A DNA stretch of 64,000 nt from Octopus sinensis (taxonomy: Eukaryota). The stretch lies in assembly GCF_006345805.1 (NCBI RefSeq), contig NC_043013.1:372001-436000 (forward strand). Reading direction: 5' to 3'. The position numbers and the translations under genes were made by a program. Shown piece by piece: positions 53,240-64,000 of the stretch (positions are counted from its first letter, which is position 1; every line of letters starts with the position of its first letter). The notes beneath the pieces were generated by a model. The model ran no database searches and was not told the origin of the DNA. It was given only the letters and a program-made list of their open reading frames with translations.

Positions 53240-54384
53240 GTTTTTTTCTTTAGAGTAATTCAATACGAAATGAAATATAAGAAGCTTTTACATATAACAA
53301 AAGCATTCTCCCCATTTTCTCTACAAAAGTAATCAGATACATTCAACCATATATTCCACTGGGAAAAATAATGCAGTGACTGTACTGACCAATAAACTAT
53401 CTTCAACTGTTGGCAAAATTTGAGCCATGTTGCAAGATTCCCATCAACAAGACCTGCAACCTTTAGTAGAATTCAGAAGATCACAGACAAAAAGTGCTGA
53501 CCAAAACGAACTATTTTATTCATTAAGGATTTCTTAATGGTGAACAATTGCAGAAATGATGCTGGAATGTTTTTGATTGGTTCATGCATTGTACAACCCA
53601 GTAATTCATTAGGTTGGATTTAAACCTGGAGAGGGACAATACAAGATCAATACAAAATCCCCTTTGCACAATCTTCAGCTGACTTAGCTCTTCCAGTTTA
53701 TATGTCTTGTTCAGCAGAGGTTCATAACAACAACTCAAAAAGAGAATGGCTTCTATACACGGCTAAACATTAATGTTTAGAGGCCTACAGTCTTGGTGAC
53801 AATATCTCACATTTGAAAATGAGTATGGCATGGAAATCCTGCAGATAAAAAGGGTCCAGGGAGACATTTAAAGACTGAATTGCACAGAGAGTTATGAACA
53901 TGACAACTTTGTGGCATTGATTTTTAAAATTTTCTGAAGACTTTTGTTTTGATTGATTTGATGGATACAAGATGACTGAGAGGAAGCTGCACAAGTTCCT
54001 ATTGATTTATTGCCTTCCTTGTGTTGTCTTCCTCCTATTTTCCAAGCGCCGTATCGAAGGAAACAACACACAATAAACAAATACATAGCATTGTATTAAT
54101 AGCAAACTCCATGACACCATTGCAAACCCTCAGTGTGACATGAAACCTTCTTTTAAAACATTGAATTCAGCTTTTGTTCTGCAGCACACATTTTGATAGC
54201 TTCTCCTTCTGTGTTAAATCATATTATGGCCTTCCCTTAAAAATTCAAGTTTTAAAAATACATAGAAAATTTCATTTCTGTTGCAGAATGCATGTGCACG
54301 CATAAATGCACATTTCCCTTTCTTACTCTTTGCCTGCAAATGTGTGCGGCCCCCGCCCCCGCTCTCTATATATATTTCTCTTTT

Positions 54385-54770
54385 TCTCTCTTTTATTTGT
54401 TTCAGTCATTTGACTGCTGTCATGCTGGAGCACCGCTTTTAGTTGAGCAAATCAACCTCAGGATTTATTCTTTGGAAGCCTAGTACTTATTCTATTGGTC
54501 TCTTTTGCCAATCTGCTAAGTGGCAGGGACGTAAACACACCACCATCAGTTGTCAAGCGATGTTGGGGGACAAAGACACACAAACATATACACACACATA
54601 CACATATATACATATATACGATGGGCTTCTTTCAGTTTCTGTCTACCAAATCCACTCACAGGGCTTTGATTGGTCTGAGGCTATAGTAGAAGACATTTGC
54701 CCAAGGTGCCACACAGTAGGAATGAACCCTGAACCAAGTAGTTGGTAAGCAAGCTACTTACCACACAGCT
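54385..54770 (-). mobile_element. tRNA-derived SINE family 1
   Basis: Reverse complement of 22616-23006. Confidence 0.9.
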
Positions 54771-54793
54771 ACTATATATATATATATATATAT

Positions 54794-55387
54794 AATTAAA
54801 TAAGGGTAGAAATTGATATTAATCAATTAAAACCAGTGGCCTAGCATATTTAAAAAATCCAAAGATTAAAAATCTTTTTACATACAAAATTTAGAGGATT
54901 GACCACTAAAAGTGGACAGCCTTTTCCACGGAGAATGTGTTCTCAAGAAAAAATTCAGCAAAAAACCAAAACGTAAAAATAAGCAAGACAAATGAAAATA
55001 TACAAAATAAAAACGATTACCCATGTACTAATTAGTTTACTTGTTAATAATTTACGTATATGAATACATAAACATCTGCAAGATCATCAGCATAGTCTGT
55101 CGTTTATGAAACCCAATTTCCAGAACTAGATACATGGCGCTCGACTGAAATCCATCATTGTATAAAGTTCCACAAATTACATTAAGGTGTATCTTTCAAA
55201 TGCCTTCACTTTGGCACGCTGAGATCGGAAACTACTCTGTAGTTAATAAACTACAGCAGTCAATTTACCGGTTAGAGAACATTTTTTTAATTTAAAATTA
55301 AATAAGGGTAGAAATTGATATTAATCAATTAAAACCAGTGGCCTAGCATATTTAAAAAATCCAAAGATTAAAAATTTTTTTACATAC
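54794..55387. repeat. ~92-bp direct repeat pair with a 502-bp period
   Basis: AATTAAATAAGGGTAGAAATTGATATTAATC...TTTTTACATAC at 54794-54885 and 55296-55387. Confidence 0.9.
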
Positions 55388-55690
55388 AGTAAAGCCAGTC
55401 AAGGTGGCTCTGGCATCGGCTGCGTTCGGATGGTGCTTTTTACATGCCATTGGCACGAGTATCACGACTACAATTTCCATTTTATTTTCATTTTGATGTA
55501 CTTGACTCAATAGGTCTCCTCAAGCACAGCAGATTGCCCTACAATCCAAGGTAAGCACAACAGGTAGTCATATGATCCAAGGTACTTTTGAATGGGCTGG
55601 GGCTGGTTATGCAAAACTGGTGTAGGATACAGCCTTGAATTCACTTTGTTTGTCAGGTCTTCACACCATTCACAGACTTGGTCTGTGGCA

Positions 55691-55733
<43 letters not shown>

Positions 55734-56949
55734 GGCACAGCATGCCTGTGTGCTAAGAAGCTTGCTTCAGTTCCTGAGAAAAGTGCAAAAGAAGAAAGTC
55801 TCCTCAAACCAGAGATAGGGCCCAAATGCTTGCTATAGAGTAGCAAGGGGGTTATGGCAGAATTTGTACTCAAAACACAAAGGGCAGGAACAAATAATGG
55901 TTTCAAATTATATGAATATATGTATATGCAAATATACGTATATATGATAAATATAATGTGTATATGCACACAGATACACAATTACACATGTACATGTATG
56001 TATTCAAATCTGCATACATAGATATGTAACTCTAAGGCCTTTCTCTATCAAGAATTTGATCCCCTAACTGCCCCCAGAAAATTCCTCTTCAAGGAGCAGA
56101 CTTGCATAAGTTTTACTGAGGAAAGCCTGCAGTTGCCCATGCATGCAAGTCTCCACTTCCCATGCCAGTGATGTTCTTGAGGTCACCATTGATGTTGCAG
56201 GAGATGCTTTCAAAATGCAGAGACCTGGAACAAATACTGCAAGACATCTTGTTTTGATGTTTAACAATTCTGTCAATCCATAGCCCTGGACAAGTACAGT
56301 CAAATGTAGTCAAGTACATTCTGTATTGATCCAGAAAGGCAGAGTTGACCGTAGACACACACACACACATGTAGATTATAAAATTTTATTAGTACTACTT
56401 ATATTTTATGCTTAGATTTTAGTTAACATATCCTTACTAGGGTGAATAATTTCTATTCAAATTTGGAGCAAAGCATGAATGACTCTATCGAGGGAGTTGG
56501 TTATCCAACTCATATTCTGCCCCATGTTGTTTCAAACCACAGTTGATGCTCTTTCAATTGTTGTTAAAGTTTTTGGCTAGAAGTATATTGAGTTCTTCAT
56601 AACCAGCTGATCTAGCAAGCGGGACCTCATATCAGTGAGGGGGGGGGCGGTGCACATTGATGCCGTCGAGAGGTAGGCCCCGAAACGGCGCACATTCTCT
56701 CCTGATGACCCCATACACTTGCTAGCTTCCGGTATACGGAGCTTTTAACTGGTAGCACTTGCATGTGCAAGTTGTTTGCAAGACATCTAAGATAGAATGC
56801 GTCGTGTATTTGTTGTGATATGATGATTTGAGTTCAAATCCCACAGAGCCCAATATTGCCTTTTTATCTTTTAAAGAGTCAATAAAATAGTAGCAATCCA
56901 GGATGGGGGTTTGGTAGAATTGTAAGGAAATTTGGCTGGCACTATTTTA

Positions 56950-57257
56950 GGTAGCAAACTGGCAGAATTATTTATATACCAAGTAAAATGCTTAGTAGTA
57001 TCTCATGTCTTTATGTTCTGAGTTCAAATTGTGCTGAGGTAGGCTTAGCTTTGTATTCTTTCGGAGTCACTAAAATAAGTACCAGTTGAACACTGGGGTT
57101 GATATAATCGACTGGCCCCTCCCCTGAAATTACTAGCCTTGTGCTAAAATTTGAAGCCAATATTTGTTTCTGCCTTTTGTGTTTTGAGTACAAATTCTGC
57201 CATAACCCCCTTGCTATTTTATTGCAAGCATTTGGGGGCCTATCTCTGGTTTGAGGA
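56950..57257 (+). mobile_element. tRNA-derived SINE family 2 with an extended 3' segment
   Basis: CTGGCAGAATT head, GAGTTCAAATT, AAAATAAGTACCAG core. The 3' 57161-57257 segment recurs inverted at 55801-55896. Confidence 0.75.
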
Positions 57258-57419
57258 TCATGGGCATTGTCTTCTCTCATGTCTAAAAAGATTTTAAAAA
57301 ATATTTTTTGACCCTTAAGCATTCAGATTATTCTATCAAACAATGCTTCTTTATTCAAATTGGTTTGAATTAATCCTGCATCATCTCACTGCTTCTAGAT
57401 TTCAATGACGTGATAGTAT

Positions 57420-57700
57420 GTTTTTAGAATGACACTGCATGGTTGGTGTGAGTGGCAGAATTTGGTCAGTTTGAACAGAAAACATATAGAATACTTGGTC
57501 TTGATGTGGTTGGTTTAAATACCAAAAATTCAACTGAAAAGTTAATAGTTTTTTGCAATTTTGTCGGTGCTCAGTATTCTTCATTTGTCTCATATTCTAA
57601 AACTTGTTGGATCTCTGTGATGGATATAGTGGAGAGAAACCTTACTTTATTCAAAGCATGGAAATTTTAATTCCAAAGGAAAGGTCCAGAAAATTATTTT
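57420..57700 (+). mobile_element. hAT transposase remnant
   Basis: ORF 57452-57670 reads FCNFVGAQYSSFVSYSKTCWISVMDIVERNLTL, resembling the hAT motif K.TRWLS....VER.L.L. Confidence 0.5.
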
Positions 57701-57865
57701 TTCCTTTGTTTTGCTCTTTCTAGTAATCCCTTGTGTGAAGCAAGCTTACTTTTCGTTCACAGTTTCTCGTGTCTTTTAGCAATGGGATTATGGAAATGGA
57801 AAAAAAAATATCTAACAAGATTATAGTGGTACTTCATTGTTTAATGGAATTTATGAATCTGGCAC

Positions 57866-58056
57866 CTGTGCGGGTGGCACGTAAAAAGCACCCACTACAC
57901 TCATGGAGTGGTTGGCGTTAGGAAGGGCATCCAGTCGTAGAAACATTGCCAGAACAAACTGGGCCTGGTGCAGCCTTCTGGCTTCCCAGACCCCAGTTGA
58001 ACCGTCCAACCCATGCTAGCATGGAAAGCGGACGCTAAACGATGATGATGATGATG
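57866..58056 (+). mobile_element. RTE LINE 3' end with (GAT)n tail
   Basis: Near-identical to 13455-13648. Confidence 0.9.
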
Positions 58057-58599
58057 TAAAAGAAAGTATTGATGAAAAGTGTATTCCTTAAAGAACTGAG
58101 GTTTGTCTTAATACTGAAGACATTATATTTGTACATAGAAACAAAGTCCATCTTGAAATGGATAATAATTACAGTGCTTAGCATGAATATTTGGTGGAAT
58201 GGATTTTAGCAGTTGAAGAATTTGATGGTTTTTCATGATGTTATTTAATACACTTCCACTGTGGGAAGAAGTGAAATTATTATATGCAATAGTAAATAAA
58301 AGGGGATAAAATCTGAGTTTTTTTGTTACTTTTTCAGTGGCCAGCATTTAAAAACTGGAGAGGAGATGCAATGTAAACCCAAAGAATGGAAAAGCAAGTT
58401 ATGCCATGAAATGGCATTCTATACTCCAATAAATTAAAGACTAATTCTTTGAGTTGCTAATTTTATGTCCTCTGCTTTTGGTCAGCATATTTAGTATATG
58501 GTGCTAATCTTGATTGTGTTTGCACACAGATGAATGATCAATAAATAAAACAATGAAATAAGTTGGATGCAACTACAATAGGAACTGTGTTACAATAAA

Positions 58600-59551
58600 C
58601 AATATGATATTCCACCAAGAATTCTGAGAGCAATAAGTAAGCTATATGAGAAGACCAATGTGAAAGTAATCACTCCTGATGGAGAGATGGAACACTTTGA
58701 AGTCAAAGCTGAAGTATTACAAGGTGACATGCTAACACCTTATCTCTTCACCATCATTCTGGACTATGTAATGTGTAGAACGTATGAGGGGAGGGAAAAA
58801 GAACTGGGATTCAAACTGCATAGGCAAAGAAGTAGACGACATCAAGCAGTACCAGCAACTGACTTAGACTATGCTGATAACCTGGCATTACTAACAGAAA
58901 GGACAGATCAAGCACTGCTGAGCAGATTACAGCAGGAATCAGAGATTGTACTGTAACGCAAACAGAACAGAGCTGCAAGTATTCAACCACGAAATGCCCA
59001 TGTCAGTGAAAGTGAGAGATGGTGAGTCACTGAGGGTAGTTGAAGATTTCTAATACCTTGGTGCATGGACACAAAGTACTGAAAAAAGACATCGTAGCAA
59101 AGAAAGCTCTTGTCTGGAGTGGATGCCATAAATTGAGAAAGGTATGGAGTTCAAAGTTAGCCAGGAAATTGAAAGTGAGGTTGTTTCTGTCAATAGTGGA
59201 GTCTGTTGGATGGTTGTTATATGAGGATGCTTAGAGTGGCACTCAGTGTCTCCTGGAAGAGTCATACAACAAATGCCAACTTATACCAGGGACTACCAAA
59301 GGTAACATTTAAGATACAGCACAACAGTATGAGGTTAGCTGGACACTGAATCAGACACACCGTTGAAATTGCTAACAAGCTAGTGCTTTGGCAACCAACA
59401 GAAGGAAGAACAAGGAGAGGAAGGTGGAAGGTGATCTATATCGACAACTTTCTGAAGGATCCTGGTATGGAGAGGGTACAGGATTTGAGGACCATTATGG
59501 AAGATCAAGATGAATGGGGAAAACGGGTGGAAACAGTCTTAGGGCGTCCTG
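58600..59551 (+). mobile_element. 5'-truncated non-LTR retrotransposon (RTE/RTEX-like RT) followed by a (GATA)n tract
   Basis: VLQGDMLTPYLFTIILDYVM...SRR..AV..TDLDYADNLALL, F.YLGAW, LKVRLFLSIVES..LYE, RLAGH. The ORF ends at 59548-59550 and is immediately followed by (GATA)n at 59555-59703. Confidence 0.85.
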
Positions 59552-59622
59552 TGGGATGACCTAAATAGATAGATAGATTGACAGATAGATAGACAGAGAG
59601 ATAGATAGATAGGTAGATAGAT

Positions 59623-59687
<65 letters not shown>

Positions 59688-60654
59688 TAGATAGATAGAT
59701 AGATACAATATCACTAGAACTTATGTTGTCAGAGCAAGGAATTTTATCTTTAATATCTGCCACTTATGAACCTGAGAAGGAAGTCATCTGCAAAATCGAG
59801 AAAAAACTGCTTAAATGCAGCAACTTTATTCATTTAGTTTTTCTTGTATTTATTTTTGCGAAATCACTTGATATTAATCTCAACGTTTTGGAACATATAT
59901 ATTAATTAGAATTCATTTGAATTTCAAAGTTAAGTTGTCCTGTATTTACCAAATCTGGAAACTCTAGCAGTGCTATCAGCGAAAGTTTCAGGAACCTCCA
60001 GCCCCACCCCAGATTAGGTTCAGACAAAAAAAAAAAAAATGAAGAGAAAAATTGCTGTGTTTAAAGAGAAATCTAATGGTATTTTGCTTGGTTTTAGTGT
60101 AAAACACAATAGTTATTCTTTGTCATCTTCAGTTCTCACGAATATTGTTTTCTGTTTGTCTTTGAATTCTTTCCAAGTTTGAGAAACATTTTGTGTTTCA
60201 TTAGGTTTTTGCTTATTTACATTTCTCAGAGTAACATTGCAACATTTACAAAAAATTAAACTTCTTAATTATTTTCATTTTGTTGAAGCCAATCTTTAAA
60301 TATCAGGATTTTGCAGTCATTCTTCTTTAAATAACTGCACATACCATTTCCTTTCTTCTTTTTGGAGGGAATTTACATTTTCTCACACATTATTATAATA
60401 TACAGACTAGCTTAAGGTGACCTGCTCTACGCGCGGGTGAGGGTGTGGTTGTTACTTTCTGTTCCTTATCACCACATTCTCCCTCTTTGTTTCTCTATCC
60501 TTTCCTATTTTCCCACTCTCTTACGCTCCCTTTCAGTATAAAGGACCTGATGTAGCACAATATATTTATTGTGACAAGCATCAAACTCCACCAATATAGA
60601 TATGTTGTCATGCCAATGGCAACTTAATGACTTAACATCACAAATGAAGAAATC

Positions 60655-60870
60655 ACGAAAAATTCTGAGCTGAGTAACTTCCCATCACTGTGAGACTGCA
60701 GAAGATGCTTGACCATGAACCACACATGTCCACAATGAGACCAGTAAGAACCTCTCTTGAGTAGAAACCAGAGTTGGTGGGGGTGCACAGGAGGCAAGGC
60801 GAATCTACCAGTTCTTGGCTGAGAACTGTGGAAGAGGACCTAAGAGACATTGGCTTAGTTTTGGAGTAAA
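60655..60870 (+). mobile_element. Degraded LINE ORF2 C-terminal fragment
   Basis: GG..RRQG..SWLRTVEEDLR-like residues. Confidence 0.4.
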
Positions 60871-61111
60871 TTTACGATAGGACTTGTGACCTGGGGTGGA
60901 CTGAGAGTATTAAGGGCCCTTGGGCATAACTGTTTACCAGGCTCCTTAGCATTGATATCAAAGTAGAGTTAACATGCAGAGTGCAGGCCCCTCAGAGCTT
61001 CGGGTCCTCGAGCAGTGCCCAACTGACCAATGGCTCAGTCTGCCCCTGCTTGTGACTGTTCTGGATGGAGATCTTTTGTTATTCAATGGCATCATGGTAA
61101 GCTGGAAGAAC

Positions 61112-61163
<52 letters not shown>

Positions 61164-62199
61164 GCGCGTGAATCTGTGCCCCACAAACATGATATTTTGT
61201 CAAGTGATATTCATTCTTGGAATTAGTGTCTTTTAAACGATCACATCTCAAAAAGAACTGGTTGGTTACTAGAACTAATCCACTTGAAAGAACTATCCAA
61301 AGGAAGGGATGGGAACAGATGCCTGAGTGTTTCACAGGTCCTGCGTCCCAGTTCTGATCCGTGTATGTTGTGGTTGGCTGTCAATAAATATATACTATAG
61401 GGCCCAGTTATTGATTCCCCCGACAGACTATAATACTGTTAAGACGGTCCTGTCCAAAGAGATACTGGAACAGAGATTTTCAATTTCTAATATACATTTC
61501 AAAAAGATAGAAATAAAAAATGAGATGACTAAAGAAAGTGGGATGTCTAAAATGTTGCTGTAGAATCCAACTGTTCTTTCTCTCCGTTTAAATCTAGTTC
61601 TCACTTTCTCTCTCCGAACTTTCGACTTTCACAAACACACGCACATCTTTTCATGAAGATGTAGTACATCTTACTCCATCTAACCATCATTCTTCCTGTC
61701 TTTCACCTTTCCTCATCACACCCAATCTCTCTTCCTTTTCGCTTCCACTCGTGTTTTATATTCAAAGACAACGGGGTGAAAATAAATACACAAACACATG
61801 ACATATTGTGTGAATCTAATGCACCCGAAGTCCTATGAGGCTGAGAGCTGAATCACATTGTTTCATACAGACACACAAACACGCCAATACCATGCGTTCT
61901 GTTAGTGAAGCGACAGTTAAGAATGTTTTATTGTTCAAATACTGCTCACTTATAGAACACTTGCTTCATGTGAACTGTACATTAAAAACATAGCTAAAAA
62001 TACAAATGTCAAATGCAAAAATTTTTACAAAAGTATCTTCGAACATTTCTATTATTTTTTAAAGTAAATACAGAGCAACGTTGCAATGTAGAGCATTCTT
62101 CCTTCTACAAGAACACAAGAAACTCAAGAGAAAAGGGAGGGAAAACGCCTACATTAGGAGGAGAAAGAGGGGAGGGGGATTTGCGCGTGGTTTACTTCG

Positions 62200-62450
62200 T
62201 GCAACTCCGTCTATTTCCGGCCATCACGTCATCATTCTCCAGATAAGAGAAGACCGGCCGGTCTTCTTGAAAATAATTACACGTCAATTGGCTTCTATTC
62301 TGCCCCCCCCCTTCTTCTAAACGTATGACTTACGTTTTAACATCGCCGACTGATCCACTTTTCTTCTTGAGGTGAACTGCTTGTCAGTTATTTATTTGAC
62401 TCAAAAATGACGATTAAAGAATTTGAGGATGTGTTGAAATGTAACGGGGA
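62200..62450 (-). promoter_or_regulatory. Candidate first exon/promoter of a minus-strand gene in a third CpG-retaining zone
   Basis: Minus-strand GGCG-ATG TTA AAA C|GTAAGT donor (exon end 62334), CRE-like ACGTCA motifs, and a 20-bp perfect palindrome at 62248-62267. Confidence 0.3.
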
Positions 62451-62994
62451 TTGATTATTTGGGTGGGAAAACCTAAGATCCATTATTATGAATGATCTTA
62501 TGTCATCTCCAATTCAACTACCATCAACGCAATGGTCATCATAGAGATGGATTTGTGATCAACAAGTTCGTCTTGCAACTATCTACGCGGTTTCACTTCA
62601 ATCTCAATGCATGGCAACCCAGGCAAAAAATATTTTCTAGCAAAGCATCTTACGAATGAAATTTGATGGGAACCGTGTGAAAACCCATGGGAGGCATTGT
62701 TCCCTTAATCCGATGTCCTGTTTAACAACACTACCAAATCCTTGCAATGCACCGAATATAATTTATCAATCAGCACCTATTATCATTTACTTTGGCGACC
62801 GGCATAATTTTTAAATTTTATTTCCAAAGTTGTAGAAGATTCGTCTTCAATTCTGGAATTGTTTATTTTTGATACACACCTTCACACACACATACATACA
62901 GTATGTTCCCAGTTTCTATATAACGAGTGATGTCAGGAATGGGAACACAGAAACGAAAGCCAAAAGCGAAAGTTGTGAACGAGATATGGTCCTT

Positions 62995-63180
62995 TGATAT
63001 TGATTTAATGAAACACACACACCATCATTTAACGTCCATTTTCTATGTTGGCGTGCGTTAGACGGTTTGACAGGATCCAGTGAGCTACAAGGTTGCATCA
63101 AGCTTCAGTGTCACCTTTGACATGGTTTCTACAGCTGGATGCTCCCCCTAATGCCAACCACTACAGTTTGTATGTGCCCC
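62995..63180 (-). mobile_element. Older RTE LINE 3' end fragment
   Basis: CATCATTTAACGTCC...GTTTCTACAGCTGGATG...AATGCCAACC is the reverse complement of the RTE 3' UTR. Confidence 0.75.
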
Positions 63181-63679
63181 GGGCACTAGTGAGGTTTCCA
63201 AGCAAAAGAGAAAAGGACCAAGGAAAAAGCTCATGCCCCAACTAAGTGGGGGAAGTATTTGAGAGAGATGGAATTATACCAGGTGTTGAGCAACTAATAT
63301 CATAGAGGAAGAATCTCTCTCTCTCTCTCTCATATATATATACTTGGAAATGTATGTGTGGTGTTCAATCACATAATAATATAAATTATATATATATGCA
63401 TGCATATATACATACATATATGGGTACAGGACGTCAAAAGAACGTGAACTAAATGAAAACGGGAATATAAAAAACAAAAACATAGAAAACGAACTTTTTT
63501 CTGAACAACAAAAGAAACAAATGGAGAAACAAGACAGGCAACATAAAGAAAAATCCCTTCATCAGTTGTCCCCTGTTTTATCTATTCTGTGTTGCGAACG
63601 TTGTGTACCCATATATGTATGTATATACATATATATGTAGGTATGTACATATATGATTGTATATATGCATATATGTTAT

Positions 63680-64000
63680 ATCATCATCATCATCATCGTT
63701 TAACGTCCGTTCTCCATGCTAGCATGGGTTGGACGGTTCGACCGGGGTCTGGGAAGCCAGAAGGCTGCACCAGGCTCCAGTCTTATCTGGCAGAGTTTCT
63801 ACAGCTGGATGCCCTTCCTAATGCCAACCACTCCGTGAGTGTAGTGGGTGCTTTTTAGGTGCCACCTGCACAGGTGCCAGGCAAGGCTGGCAACGGCCAC
63901 GGTCGGATTGGTGTATTTTACGTGCCACCGGCACGGAAGCCAGTCGAGGCGGCGCTGGCATCGGCCACGAGTCGGATAGTGCTTTTTACGGGTCCTGGCT
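63680..64000 (-). mobile_element. Young RTE LINE 3' end, truncated by the window edge
   Basis: Near-perfect reverse complement of 13330-13648, including the (GAT)n tail. Confidence 0.92.

Noticed and set aside
49587-53838. Small GT/AG-flanked minus-strand segments (FRIQWNFGPGYD near 49587-49622; a 28-nt segment at 53811-53838) as exons of a gene starting near 62.3 kb.
   Set aside because: Too short to identify and no consistent multi-exon product. Could be chance splice-like sites.
56650-56720. GAAA followed by CTGATGA in a GC-rich segment, as a possible type II hammerhead.
   Set aside because: Stem II cannot form because CCCC lies on both sides. No consistent three-way junction.

Overview
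AT-rich, microsatellite- and transposon-dense animal genomic DNA. The SINE and RTE-LINE families point to a coleoid cephalopod, most likely Octopus (inference). The only host gene I can positively recognise is the first coding exon of casein kinase II alpha (minus strand, 20579-20673, [32 protein letters not shown]). I could not find its later exons in the window, so its first coding intron seems to exceed 20 kb. The rest is a full-length but frameshifted IR/DR-type Tc1 transposon (DD34E), many 5'-truncated RTE-clade LINEs whose RT carries an inserted C4HC3 (PHD-type) finger, other LINE and hAT/mariner/piggyBac remnants, at least three tRNA-derived SINE families, a 42-bp minisatellite grown out of an RTE ORF2 end, a ~0.7-kb tandem duplication with a filled/empty retro-insertion, and a 415-bp near-perfect foldback. 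The most unusual signal is a set of minimal type I hammerhead-ribozyme motifs with a palindromic ACGU stem III. They occur in two unrelated repeat families, one of which joins the ribozyme to a tRNA-like Pol III head and occurs as head-to-head inverted pairs. Most listed short ORFs are microsatellite or repeat artefacts. All calls are by-eye readings and no searches were run.
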